Positions 28,588-39,878 of a DNA stretch of 64,000 nucleotides are shown piece by piece. Position numbers and translations under genes: made by a program. The stretch comes from Alphaproteobacteria bacterium. Lineage in GTDB: Bacteria; Pseudomonadota; Alphaproteobacteria; Sphingomonadales; Sphingomonadaceae. Within the stretch, counting starts at the first letter, position 1, and every line of letters begins with the position of its first letter. The stretch covers positions 4,221 to 68,220 of the forward strand of contig JBKHXB010000001.1 in NCBI GenBank assembly GCA_046566245.1, in the 5' to 3' direction. Under the pieces are notes generated by a model. It saw only the letters and a list, made by a program, of their open reading frames with translations, did no database searches and was not told the origin of the DNA.

Positions 28588-29742
28588 TCAGTCGCGGTAG
28601 GTCCAGGCGTTGACCTGTGCGACGTCAGCGAAGATCGCTTGCGTCCCCTGCTCGGCCGGGTCGAGCGCCGCCGCCTTCGCCTCGGCCCAGTCGAGCCACT
28701 CGGCGAGGCTCCTGCCATCGATCGGGTCCGTCTCGGGCAGTTCGCTCTCGCGCAGCCTGGCAAGGAACGCACGCGCAAGCTCGACCCGTTTCCAGCCGTC
28801 GGCGATCTCGCAAAGGCGGCGGAAGCGGTTGTCGTCCTGCTGCCTGCGCTGGCGCTCGAGTTCAGCGATTCGATGGCGCTCGGCGGCAATCCGCGCCTCT
28901 TCCTCCCGCCTGCGGCTGCGCTCGGCAAGCACGGGACCAAGCACCAAAAAGATCGCGACGATCTCGGGCAGCATCGCCTCGATCGGCTTGCTCTCGCTCT
29001 CGCGCCACGTCTTTCGAAGGGGCTCGTCCAGCCGGGCGTGAATCTGAAGCTCCATCATCCCGGTCGGCTCGAGATCCTTCTTCACGCCCGAGCTGTTCGA
29101 CGTCTCCCACCGTTTCTCGTCGTCGGTCAGCGGGCGCGTCACCTGGCGCAGTTTCTCGCGGCATGTGAAGGCGATTGCCTCGCCCTCAATCGTTGCGACA
29201 AGCTGCCGCCGATCATTCTCGCTGATGGTTGCGCCGTGCTTCACTAGGCTGCGGAACAGCGCGTGGAGAACACGGTGCCGCCGACGCTCGCCCGCTGTGA
29301 AATCCGGCACGGCGAAGCGGCTGCCCGGCCAGCGATCCCGATGAGTGCGCGCCTCCTGCTGGCGCTGGCGGTGGTCGGCAATCCACCCTGAAATCAGCGG
29401 GTGCGGCCGGGCGAGACGCTCGGGGACGCTGATCTCCCCCAAGCTCGCCGCCCGCTCGCGAACGGCATCGCGCAATCCTCCCTCCTGGTCGGGCGTCGGC
29501 GCGATCGTGACCTGCTTGGGAACGCCGGGACGCCACTCGGGCAGCGGCTTCACCTTCACTGTCTTTCGAGCCGTCTTCTTCGCCCACCAGCCGACCGGCG
29601 GCGTCGGCACGTCGAGCTTACGGCAGATCTTCTTGAGGCCAACGTCGCTGATCCCGAACCGCTCGGCGAGCCGGCGCATCGGCGTCTCCCAAACAAGGTC
29701 GTGAAGCTCCTCGTGCGTGAGCGACTGCGGCGTCTCGGCCAT
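28588..29742 (-). CDS. Hypothetical protein with N-terminal HTH (mobile-element associated)
   Basis: LTHEELHDLVWETPMRRLAERFGISDVGLKKICRKLDVPTPPVGWW HTH-like start; coiled-coil C-terminus. Confidence 0.8.
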   Translation of the reverse strand: MAETPQSLTHEELHDLVWETPMRRLAERFGISDVGLKKICRKLDVPTPPVGWWAKKTARKTVKVKPLPEWRPGVPKQVTIAPTPDQEGGLRDAVRERAASLGEISVPERLARPHPLISGWIADHRQRQQEARTHRDRWPGSRFAVPDFTAGERRRHRVLHALFRSLVKHGATISENDRRQLVATIEGEAIAFTCREKLRQVTRPLTDDEKRWETSNSSGVKKDLEPTGMMELQIHARLDEPLRKTWRESESKPIEAMLPEIVAIFLVLGPVLAERSRRREEEARIAAERHRIAELERQRRQQDDNRFRRLCEIADGWKRVELARAFLARLRESELPETDPIDGRSLAEWLDWAEAKAAALDPAEQGTQAIFADVAQVNAWTYRD

Positions 29743-29744
29743 GC

Positions 29745-30653
29745 TCAGGCAAGACTGGTACGAAGCTGCGAACAGAGTCGGTCCAGCAGCTCCAGCTGCT
29801 GCGGATCGGGCTCGATCCCGGCCATACGCCAGCGCCTGTGCTCGAGGAACAGCGACGCCCACAGCTCGGCAGGTCCGCCCGGCCAATTGCCGGTCGTCGT
29901 TGCGATCCCGAGGCGCACCTCGGCAAAGCGGAACGGATCGCCCCAACCTGCCTGCTTCACCAGCTCATAGCCCTCGATCAGATGCGCCAGTTCGACCGAG
30001 CTCTCCCACGCCAGGTCCTCGGGGATTGCGGTGAAGTCGCCGGCTCTGACCGGCTCCAGGCCCTCAGGACTCGCGGCTGCTCGTCGAGCGTGCAGATGCT
30101 CCCGGAGAAGCGCGATCTGCGCTTCTCTTGTCGCGGCGCCGCTGCCCTGGACAAGGCCAAAGAGCCGGTCGCCAAGCTCCCCGATGGTATCGAGACGAAG
30201 GAATTGGCTGCGCGGGATCAGCCGCACCGACGAACGCTGAGCCTTCACGCCTTCCGAATCGCCCTTCGTATGACGGCCCAGCCGCTCGCCCAGTGGCGGC
30301 AGCGGCTCGCCCGGGGCCGCTCCGAACCACAGGAAAGGACCGAGCTCCAGCGTCAGCGGATCGTAGAGCATCCAGATGACGCAGCCCGACGGACGGCGAG
30401 CCAGGGAGATCGAGACTCCCACGTCGCGGCGCTTTCCCTCGCGCACCATCGCCTTGAGCTGGATGTGGCGGATCACGCCTTGGCACTCGAGGACGATATC
30501 ATGGCCGAACGCATCAACCTCGGAGTGAAGCACGTCGAACTCGCGCGTTCCGCGGCACCACAGGTGGGTCGCCAGTGCCGCAATGAACCGGTGCTCGAGC
30601 AATTTCTCGAGGGTCGAGGAGGCAAGCCAGGGGGCTTCGGAGTGAGCGTTCAT
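29745..30653 (-). CDS. PD-(D/E)XK restriction-endonuclease-like protein with extra C-terminal domain
   Basis: EVDAFGHDIVLE...RHIQLKA active-site-like pattern; GGAG SD before ATG 30653. Confidence 0.65.
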   Translation of the reverse strand: MNAHSEAPWLASSTLEKLLEHRFIAALATHLWCRGTREFDVLHSEVDAFGHDIVLECQGVIRHIQLKAMVREGKRRDVGVSISLARRPSGCVIWMLYDPLTLELGPFLWFGAAPGEPLPPLGERLGRHTKGDSEGVKAQRSSVRLIPRSQFLRLDTIGELGDRLFGLVQGSGAATREAQIALLREHLHARRAAASPEGLEPVRAGDFTAIPEDLAWESSVELAHLIEGYELVKQAGWGDPFRFAEVRLGIATTTGNWPGGPAELWASLFLEHRRWRMAGIEPDPQQLELLDRLCSQLRTSLA

Positions 30654-30747
30654 CTCCGCCCAGTTGCTTGGCGCGCCGCACAAGTCGAGCAAATTGTGAC
30701 TCATCGTCCGTGGACCGATCGGCAGCGGCTCTGGCCTGCTCGGCGGC

Positions 30748-30975
30748 ATGGACGTGCGCAAACGCTTCGGCGCCAATGTGCGGCGGCTGCGCAAGCGGCG
30801 GGGGCTGTCGCAGGAGGCGTTCGCGCTCGAGGCGGGAATAGACCGTACCTATGTTTCGGGGGTCGAGCGGGGCGCCCGCAATCCCAGCCTTACCGTCGCG
30901 CAGAAGTTGGCCGAGGGACTTGGCGTGCCGCTGAGCCTGCTGTTCACTGATGAGCCTGAGCTGCCCGACGGCTGA
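30748..30975 (+). CDS. XRE-family HTH regulator
   Basis: VRRLRKRRGLSQEAFALEAGIDRTYVSGVERGARNPSL. Confidence 0.92.
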   Translation: MDVRKRFGANVRRLRKRRGLSQEAFALEAGIDRTYVSGVERGARNPSLTVAQKLAEGLGVPLSLLFTDEPELPDG

Positions 30976-31020
30976 ATCGTCACTGGACTTCGTCGCGCCG
31001 GCAAGCCTGTGTGCGTGCCC

Positions 31021-31221
31021 ATGAGCAAGCCCGGTCTTGGCAGTGATCTGGTGGATCCGGCGGTGAAGCTGCTTTCGACGGCGATCGGCATCATCTTCGA
31101 GGACCACGCTGACGAGGCGCTGACCGGCAGTGCGCCTGAGCGGTTTGCGGCGCTGAGGTCCGCGGGCGAGGACGTTGCGACGCTCTCGCGCGCAGCAGAG
31201 GTCCTGCTCAACCGCCGGTGA
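31021..31221 (+). CDS. Small hypothetical protein
   Basis: 66-aa helical ORF downstream of the XRE gene. Confidence 0.5.
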   Translation: MSKPGLGSDLVDPAVKLLSTAIGIIFEDHADEALTGSAPERFAALRSAGEDVATLSRAAEVLLNRR

Positions 31222-31299
31222 TTGACTGCACGAAAACGTTGGTCGACGCGGCGGTCAGTCTTGTGTCTCTGGAGAGCCCCGATTCGCGAAGGATTTGAA

Positions 31300-31731
31300 A
31301 TGGCCGAGGAAGGCACCCATGGGTTCGTGCACAGCGGCGAGTGGCTGCGGTACAAGGCAGAACACGGGCAGTCCGTGACCGCGGATGATGTGGTTCGGAT
31401 CATCACTGAGAACCCCGAACTGATACCCGACGCGGTTCTGCGCAATTACATCGTGAAGGGTCTGCGAGGCGAGCTCAGAGGAATCGCCGGCCGGCCAGGC
31501 AGGACCACGACGCAGAAGCTGAAACTGCATCTGGCTGCTCACCAGGTCGATGTGCTGACGCGCTGGTACAAGCGGGCGAAGAACCGCGGCTATGACTATG
31601 CGCGCGAGCACAAGCGCGAAGGGCTTAGCCTTTCGCAATACATTCATGAGAGAGTTGCCCGAAGGCTCAAGCTGGGAGCTGGGCCATCGCTCGCAAACGC
31701 GATCTCGTCACTTAAAGATGGGCTGTATTGA
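31300..31731 (+). CDS. Hypothetical basic protein
   Basis: 143-aa ORF with AAGGA SD, upstream of the MTase gene. Confidence 0.55.
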   Translation: MAEEGTHGFVHSGEWLRYKAEHGQSVTADDVVRIITENPELIPDAVLRNYIVKGLRGELRGIAGRPGRTTTQKLKLHLAAHQVDVLTRWYKRAKNRGYDYAREHKREGLSLSQYIHERVARRLKLGAGPSLANAISSLKDGLY

Positions 31732-31794
31732 AGTGACTGAAGCGTCACCTGCGCCCTGACATGTGCGTGCCTCCTGCAACCATGGAGGTAACGC

Positions 31795-33129
31795 ATGAAA
31801 CAGAAGCCACCTCTCCCGCCCCGGGAGGGGCTGGAGCGGATCAAGGTCAATGATCTGAAGCCGCACGAGCGCAACGCGCGCACTCACTCGAAGAAGCAGA
31901 TCCGGCAGATCGCCGACAGTATCGAGCGGTTCGGGTTCACCAACCCAGTCCTGGCGGACGCCAGGAACCGGATCATCGCCGGCCACGGCCGGATCGAGGC
32001 AGCGAAGCTGCTGAAGATGGCCGATGTGCCGGTGATCCGGATCGAGCGCTTCACCGAGGCCGAACGGCGGGCCTACATCATCGCGGACAACCGGCTTGCA
32101 GAGCTTGCCGGCTGGGACGACGAGCTGCTCGCTCTCGAGCTCGGGGAGATACTCAAGCTCGAGCCGGAGTTCGACACAAAGCTGATCGGGTTCGATACGG
32201 CCGAAGTCGAGAAGCTGCTGAACGCGCTCGACGGCACCGACGTTGTCGATGCCGAGGTCGAGATCGACGAAACCGGCCCGCCGGTGAGCCGCATCGGAGA
32301 CCTGTGGCAGCTCGGGCGCCATCGCCTCATCTGCGGCGATGCGCTCGATGCGAGGGTGTACCAGAGGCTGCTCGACGGAAAGCGGGCGCAGATGGTGTTC
32401 ACCGATCCGCCCTACAACGTGCCGATCGACGGCAATGTCTGCGGGCTGGGAAAGGTGAAGCACGAGGAGTTCGTGATGGCCTCGGGCGAGATGTCGGAGG
32501 CCGAGTTCACCGAGTTCCTCACAGGCTCGATGCGCAACCTCGCGGATTTCAGCGAGGACGGGTCGATCCACTTCATCTGCATGGACTGGCGGCATCTCCA
32601 GGAAATGCTCGCGGCCGGCCGAACAGCCTACGAGGAGCTCAAGAACCTCATAGTCTGGAACAAGGACAACGGGGGCATGGGCGCCTTCTACCGCTCCAAG
32701 CACGAGCTGATCTTTGCGTTCAAGAAGGGCACGGCTCCGCACATCAACAACTTCGGGCTCGGCCAGCATGGCCGCTACCGGACCAACGTGTGGGACTATG
32801 CCGGAGTGAACTCGCTCAAGGCCGAACGCGACGAGGAGCTGGCGATGCACCCGACGGTCAAACCCGTCGCGATGGTTGCCGATGCGATCCGCGACTGCTC
32901 GAAGCGCAAGGGGATCATCCTCGATGCGTTCTGCGGATCGGGAACGACGATCATCGCTGCGGAGCAGACCGGGCGGATCGGCTGCGGAATCGAGCTCGAC
33001 CCGCGCTATGTCGATGTCGCGATCAGGCGATGGCAGAAGCTGACCGACGGCCAAGCCCTGCTCGCTGGCTCTGACCTGAAGTTCGACGACGCGCACGAGC
33101 GCGACCACGGGCTCAACAAGGCTGCCTGA
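31795..33129 (+). CDS. ParB-N-terminal domain fused to amino-DNA methyltransferase
   Basis: LKPHERNARTHS/IIAGHGR ParB-like motifs; DPPY motif IV before the FCGSGTT SAM motif (beta-class order); HPTVKP. Confidence 0.92.
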   Translation: MKQKPPLPPREGLERIKVNDLKPHERNARTHSKKQIRQIADSIERFGFTNPVLADARNRIIAGHGRIEAAKLLKMADVPVIRIERFTEAERRAYIIADNRLAELAGWDDELLALELGEILKLEPEFDTKLIGFDTAEVEKLLNALDGTDVVDAEVEIDETGPPVSRIGDLWQLGRHRLICGDALDARVYQRLLDGKRAQMVFTDPPYNVPIDGNVCGLGKVKHEEFVMASGEMSEAEFTEFLTGSMRNLADFSEDGSIHFICMDWRHLQEMLAAGRTAYEELKNLIVWNKDNGGMGAFYRSKHELIFAFKKGTAPHINNFGLGQHGRYRTNVWDYAGVNSLKAERDEELAMHPTVKPVAMVADAIRDCSKRKGIILDAFCGSGTTIIAAEQTGRIGCGIELDPRYVDVAIRRWQKLTDGQALLAGSDLKFDDAHERDHGLNKAA

Positions 33130-33132
33130 CTA

Positions 33133-33175
33133 GGAACTGCGGCGTTCACGTCTTTTCGCGAGCGCCGCAGTTTCC
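33133..33175 (+). terminator. Stem-loop after the MTase gene
   Basis: GGAACTGCGGCG ... CGCCGCAGTTTCC inverted repeat immediately after the stop codon. Confidence 0.4.
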
Positions 33176-33261
33176 TCATACAAATCGATCCTGATTTTCC
33201 GTGAGGGATTTTCGCTGTTCCAAGGCGCAATCGGATCGCTCCGCAACAGAGGAGCACGTGC

Positions 33262-33708
33262 ATGAGCGACTATGAAGTCGGCTACAAGAAGCCGCCGAAG
33301 AAACACCGGTTCAAGAAAGGACAGTCGGGAAATCCGAATGGCCGGCCAAGAAAAACGCCGCCCCAGCCGCGGGACGACAGCCCGGCTGCCGTTCTCAAGA
33401 GAGCTGACGAGCGGACGATTCCCGTGAACGGATCCGAATATACTCCGTTCGCCCTTGAGGTGATGGCGCTGCAGGCGAAGGCGGCAAAGGGCGACGTCGC
33501 AGCCAGTCGTCAGCTTACGCGCATCCGCAAGGAGCTGGGTCTGCTCACAAGTGCGCCGATACAGGTCGGCGGGGTTCTCGTCGTTCCCGGGCCGATGGAC
33601 GAGGCAGATTTCGAGAAGCTCGCTTTCAAACAACAGGCGCCGTTCCGGGAACGGACAACTGATTACGACGAAAAAGGCAAAAAAGAGCCGGACGACGATC
33701 TCGGATAA
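33262..33708 (+). CDS. DUF5681-like protein
   Basis: YEVGYKKPPKKHRFKKGQSGNPNGRP N-terminus. Confidence 0.85.
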   Translation: MSDYEVGYKKPPKKHRFKKGQSGNPNGRPRKTPPQPRDDSPAAVLKRADERTIPVNGSEYTPFALEVMALQAKAAKGDVAASRQLTRIRKELGLLTSAPIQVGGVLVVPGPMDEADFEKLAFKQQAPFRERTTDYDEKGKKEPDDDLG

Positions 33709-33919
33709 AGCGCCTTCCCACGCTGTTGACGACAAAGTCCGGTACGCGTCTCGCACGCTTGGCGCGTACCGAATTTCCACTCGACTTCGGCCGGACGCCA
33801 AGCATTGCTGATCCCGTGAATCGCAGCCGCCGATAGGCGGCTGCCGCCCCGACCGGCCGCCGGCGGGGCTGTGGGTGGTGGGACGGCAATCACGCCGGTC
33901 CCGACCGAGGACCACGCAC

Positions 33920-34177
33920 ATGAAAAAGGCCAATCCGAAAAAGAACGCCGCCGAAGCAGCGACCTCAAAGCCCCTTATGACGAAAATGCAGCGCGTCGTT
34001 GCCCTGCTCCAGCGCGAAGGCGGCGCGACAGTCGACGAGCTCGTGAACGCCACTGGCTGGCAGCCGCATTCCGCACGTGCCGCGCTTACAGGGCTGCGCA
34101 AGAAGGGCTTCACGCTTGACCGCGTCCGCGCCGATGGCGTGACGCGCTACGTCGTCACTGCAGAACCAGCGGCGTGA
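33920..34177 (+). CDS. DUF3489-like HTH protein
   Basis: VVALLQREGGATVDELVNATGWQPHSARAALTG. Confidence 0.85.
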   Translation: MKKANPKKNAAEAATSKPLMTKMQRVVALLQREGGATVDELVNATGWQPHSARAALTGLRKKGFTLDRVRADGVTRYVVTAEPAA

Positions 34178-34583
34178 AGAAGGTCGAACGGATTGCGCAG
34201 GACGTCCGGGCGCTCGAGCGCCTGGACCTCCACGGCCTAAGGGAAGAATGGCGCCGTCGTTACGGCGGGCCCCCGAAGATGCGTTCCACTGAGCTGCTGG
34301 CGCGGCTGCTCGCCTGGCGCATCCAGGCGGATGCGTTCGGCGGACTCGATGCGACCACGATACGCCTGCTGAAGGCGGACTCACTGCCGCCGCCGAGACC
34401 TGTTCTGGAGCCGGGGATGCGGCTCGCCCGCGAATGGCAGGGGCGCCGGTATGAAGTTGACGTGCTGGACAAGGGATTTCGCTACGACGGTGCCAACTAC
34501 CGGAGCCTGTCGGAAGTCGCGCGGGCGATCACCGGCACACGCTGGAACGGACTGCGATTCTTCGGACTCCGGAAGCCGTCAAA

Positions 34584-34587
<4 letters not shown>
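34174..34587 (+). CDS. DUF2924-like protein
   Basis: LAWRIQADAFGGL, PGMRLAREWQG, SLSEVARAITGTRWNGLRFFGL. Confidence 0.88.
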
Positions 34588-36190
<1,603 letters not shown>

Positions 36191-36194
<4 letters not shown>

Positions 36195-36215
36195 CAAAAG
36201 CGTGAAAATGTCATG
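36191..36215 (+). repeat. 25-bp imperfect palindrome, copy 1
   Basis: GTGACAAAAGCGTGAAAATGTCATG; 21/25 identical to the reverse complement of 42676-42700. Confidence 0.7.
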
Positions 36216-36319
36216 AGTTTCCGAGGCGCTAATTCGCTCCAGTTTGTCTTCCTTTACCCGAGCGACTGGAAGGTCTGCACTGCCAGTTGCCGCGCGCGCA
36301 GGACTCCTGCCGAGCCGTC

Positions 36320-37021
36320 TCAGTCGTCACTCGGCAACAGCTCGTCCGGCGCATCGGCGACGGTCGAATTTTGAGTTGGCTCCCCCTCGCCGTCAAGCTC
36401 GGCTTCGGCCGACATGTCCGAAATGGCTATGCCATTTGCATCATCCACCACCTCGATCGGGCGGGGCGGCGTCTGTAGCTCGCTTATTTTTGCTAAGGCA
36501 GCAGTTTGGATTGCCTCTAAGTGCGTCGGGAAGCTTTCCGAAGCTGCACCAGACTTCTGCGCCGCAGCAGCAAAGCGTTGCTCGGCAGCAGCCTGGTTGA
36601 AATAGGCTCCTTCAGGGCCAATCAATCCCTCTTCCGTGGCCGCCAACCCAATCAGTGTGTCGAAAGCGGTGCACTGGTCTAGTTTGGACCAACTGAACTG
36701 TCGTTCGATCGAACCGAAGCAGTTCTGACTGTAGATCATCGCGCCTGGGAAACCTTCAGAATCCAGCGCGAGCCGAACATGGGCGGCCGCGCGACTGACT
36801 GAAGGTGGATTGGGTGCCGGTGGCAACACCGGAAGCGAAGGCACGACCTCACCGCTGCCAGCAACGGCTGGTTCGGACGTGGACGTTTGGATTGAATCCG
36901 TTTCAGAGTCGCAAGTAGATGCCAGAAGCACGAGGCCGATTACGCCACCGATCGCCCAAAACAGAGCGGTGCTTACATTGCTCCCGGCCGGCGCCCCGTG
37001 TGGACGGTTCATTGCTCTCAA
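36320..37021 (-). CDS. Hypothetical membrane-anchored protein
   Basis: N-terminal hydrophobic segment, two Cys (YSQNC...DQCTAFD), acidic disordered tail. Confidence 0.65.
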   Translation of the reverse strand: MRAMNRPHGAPAGSNVSTALFWAIGGVIGLVLLASTCDSETDSIQTSTSEPAVAGSGEVVPSLPVLPPAPNPPSVSRAAAHVRLALDSEGFPGAMIYSQNCFGSIERQFSWSKLDQCTAFDTLIGLAATEEGLIGPEGAYFNQAAAEQRFAAAAQKSGAASESFPTHLEAIQTAALAKISELQTPPRPIEVVDDANGIAISDMSAEAELDGEGEPTQNSTVADAPDELLPSDD

Positions 37022-37126
37022 CTCCCCCGTGAACCGAGCCTTCAGATGCTAAGCCCTTGCGCAACAAGAAAACAGCCTTGTTCGACAGCGGTGACCAACC
37101 TAATCTGCTTCTGGGGAGCAGGGGCG

Positions 37127-37384
37127 CTGAACGAGACGAACAACAGCGTTGTAGTAGACATCGGCGCGGATAGGCGCGGTCTGGCTCAGACCGCTGTTCG
37201 TTCTTTGCGTCTGTTCTATCCACAGCTCGAAGTGCGCTTGTGTCATGGCGAGGTTCACCTCCGCTCGCACTGCATGTCTAACGCCCACATTAGAGCGGCT
37301 TGGACCGCCGAGCTGCACGTAGCGCGGTTCGCGAAAGAGGATAAGCAGCAGCGAGAGCAGCTCTTTCGGGAGCTGTTCCAGTGA
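37127..37384 (+). CDS. HxsD-like small protein
   Basis: ~85 aa whose stop overlaps the hxsB start; C-terminal R..LFRELF. Start is probably non-canonical (CTG 37127 after GGAG). Confidence 0.5.
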   Translation: MNETNNSVVVDIGADRRGLAQTAVRSLRLFYPQLEVRLCHGEVHLRSHCMSNAHIRAAWTAELHVARFAKEDKQQREQLFRELFQ

Positions 37385-38793
37385 CTCTGTTTTCGCTGCG
37401 ACCACGCGCGATGCGCGATGGCAGCGTCCTTTGCACGAGCGATGCGGGGCGCTTCTTTGCAGCCCCAGCCGACTTCTTGGAACGCGTTGGCGTGGATGAG
37501 CTCACTGCCGAAGACAACGCCTTCCTGCAGCAGCAAGGCCTCATGTACGATGATGAGGCGGAGCTTGAGTACCACGCGCACCGATACGCGTTCGCGCAGC
37601 GGTTCGCGCAAGCTGCGGAGCTTGATTACCTCATCCTCGTTCCGACGCTCCGCTGCAATTTGAGCTGCAGCTATTGTCAGGTGTCGCGCGCCAACGTTGA
37701 TCGGAGCGGATTCGATTGGACCGACGACACGCTCGAGGCGGTCTACGGCATCCTCGATGGTCTCACAGCCCCGTCCGTCAAGATTGAGTTCCAAGGAGGC
37801 GAGCCGACGCTTCGCCCCGATCTCATCCAAAAGGTGATCGAACGGTGCAGCGCCGTGCGCGACGCTGAATATGTAGTCTGCACGAACCTTAGCCGAATTG
37901 ACGAAGAGGTCCTCAGCATCTTCGATCGGGAGGACGTCTATATTAGCACGTCGCTCGACGGTGATTTTGCAACCCACCAGCGCAATCGCACCCGCTCAGG
38001 TGAAGTCACGCGCGAGTTTCACGAAAACCTCGATTTCGTTGTCGAGCGTTACGGCTCGGCGAAAGTCTCGGCCCTGCCGACCATCGACCCCGCCAATCCG
38101 CCAAAACCGAAGGAGCTGATCAACAGCTTTATGAGCCGAGGCCTCAACAGCATCTATCTACGGCCGATTAACTACCAAGGATTCGCACGCAAACGGCACA
38201 AGGATGCTCGCGAGCAGGACGCAGATTGGCGGCGATATTATGAAGCTTTCATCCGCGAGCTCATAAGTCGAAATTGGACGGATCAAAGCCGTGTCGTCGA
38301 TGAAACCTATTTCACGCTTTGTCTGAATCGCATCTTCCGTGCAGGATTCGATCGACACGTTGACCTGCGGAACCCCAATCCAGTCGGCGTCGATTATGTC
38401 GTAATCGACTATGATGGGAAGGTGTATCCCACCGACGAGGCGAGGATGCTCACCCGCTCCCATGTCATCGATCTGGCGATTGGCGACGTGCGAAATGGCT
38501 GGGACACTCCCGAGCGGCAAATGCTCAATACCCATGCCACAAATCTGCTTGATCCAGCCTGCTCACGATGTGCGTATCAGCCCTATTGCGGGCGCGACGT
38601 CATCGACGACCTCTCTCGGTACGGTCGAATTGATTTGCCGCGAACCGAGACCGCTTTTTGCAAGCGACACATGCACCTGTTCGATTTCGCGTTTGAGCTT
38701 CTGTACTCGGATGATGAGCCCACTCAATACTCGCTAAGAAAATGGCTGCGCATTCCAGGCGGCAGGACGCAACTCGGAGTCCGCCACCCATGA
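37381..38793 (+). CDS. hxsB: His-Xaa-Ser system radical SAM maturase HxsB
   Basis: CNLSCSYC motif, KIEFQGGEP, ISTSLDG, YPTDEARML, SPASM-like CSRCAYQPYCG. Confidence 0.88.
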   Translation: MTLFSLRPRAMRDGSVLCTSDAGRFFAAPADFLERVGVDELTAEDNAFLQQQGLMYDDEAELEYHAHRYAFAQRFAQAAELDYLILVPTLRCNLSCSYCQVSRANVDRSGFDWTDDTLEAVYGILDGLTAPSVKIEFQGGEPTLRPDLIQKVIERCSAVRDAEYVVCTNLSRIDEEVLSIFDREDVYISTSLDGDFATHQRNRTRSGEVTREFHENLDFVVERYGSAKVSALPTIDPANPPKPKELINSFMSRGLNSIYLRPINYQGFARKRHKDAREQDADWRRYYEAFIRELISRNWTDQSRVVDETYFTLCLNRIFRAGFDRHVDLRNPNPVGVDYVVIDYDGKVYPTDEARMLTRSHVIDLAIGDVRNGWDTPERQMLNTHATNLLDPACSRCAYQPYCGRDVIDDLSRYGRIDLPRTETAFCKRHMHLFDFAFELLYSDDEPTQYSLRKWLRIPGGRTQLGVRHP

Positions 38794-39878
38794 TTCCGCT
38801 TCTTCTGCATGCACGAACCGAAGCCGAGCACCCGTTCGTAACACGCCTCACCGATCGTCAGCCCGATTCGTCGAACGGCGAAGCGCAAGGTGCCTGCTTG
38901 ATTGCTCAGGATGACGCCTGTGCGATTTTTGCGAGCGAATGGGGCCTCCTCGAGCTCAATGGCGCGGACGCACGGGATCTCTTCGGCGACGTCGTCTTAG
39001 TGGAACCTGAGGCTGGACGCGCGGAACGGCTCATCCGGGCGAGGTCCGATCATAACAGCCTGCTCGTGACGGAACGCTGTGACCAACTGTGTCAGATGTG
39101 CTCCCAGCCACCCAAGAAGACACATATCGATCGGTTTGAAGCCTTTGGGCAGGCTTGCCGCCTTGCTCCCAAAGGCGCTGTAATCGGTATCACCGGCGGG
39201 GAACCCACGCTGTACAAACATCAACTATTCGACCTTCTCGAAGGGACCCTTGAAGAGCGGCCGGATCTTGCCTTTCACGTGCTGACCAACGGCCAGCATT
39301 TTGAGGAGCGGGACGTCGAGCGCCTCCGCGGTTCTAAATATCGCGCAGTACAGTGGGGCATTCCGCTTTATGGGGCCGGGCCCGAGCTCCACGACGAAAT
39401 CGTAGGCAAGCAGGGCGCCTTCCAGCGGCTGAAGCATAGTTTCGGACAGCTGATGATGGCTGGTGCGAATGTCGAACTAAGAACCGTCGTGCTCAGTTCG
39501 AACTATTACCAGCTTCCGGACCTTGCTCGTTATGTCAGCACCAGGCTTGGCTTCATCGACGCGTGGTCTATCATGCAACTCGAAAACATCGGCTTTGCCC
39601 GCAATCGCTGGGGAACGCTGTACGTTAATCATCGCGCGGACTTCGAGCCTGTGGCATCGGCGATCAACATCTCACTTCTGAATGGAGTCAGTCCACGCCT
39701 TTTCAACTTTCCGCGCTGCACGATCCCACCAGAGTACCGCAACTTTGCTGCGGCTTCGATCTCAGATTGGAAGCGGCGCTACGCGAGGGCTTGCGATAGC
39801 TGCAGCCAGAAAGACCTATGCTCGGGATTTTTCGAGTGGCATCCGGAACGGGATATTGAGGGAGTAACCCCGTTATGA
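38790..39878 (+). CDS. hxsC: His-Xaa-Ser system radical SAM maturase HxsC
   Basis: NSLLVTERCDQLCQMCSQPP, GITGGEP, VLTNG, C-terminal CDSC...CSGFF. Confidence 0.88.
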   Translation: MIPLLLHARTEAEHPFVTRLTDRQPDSSNGEAQGACLIAQDDACAIFASEWGLLELNGADARDLFGDVVLVEPEAGRAERLIRARSDHNSLLVTERCDQLCQMCSQPPKKTHIDRFEAFGQACRLAPKGAVIGITGGEPTLYKHQLFDLLEGTLEERPDLAFHVLTNGQHFEERDVERLRGSKYRAVQWGIPLYGAGPELHDEIVGKQGAFQRLKHSFGQLMMAGANVELRTVVLSSNYYQLPDLARYVSTRLGFIDAWSIMQLENIGFARNRWGTLYVNHRADFEPVASAINISLLNGVSPRLFNFPRCTIPPEYRNFAAASISDWKRRYARACDSCSQKDLCSGFFEWHPERDIEGVTPL

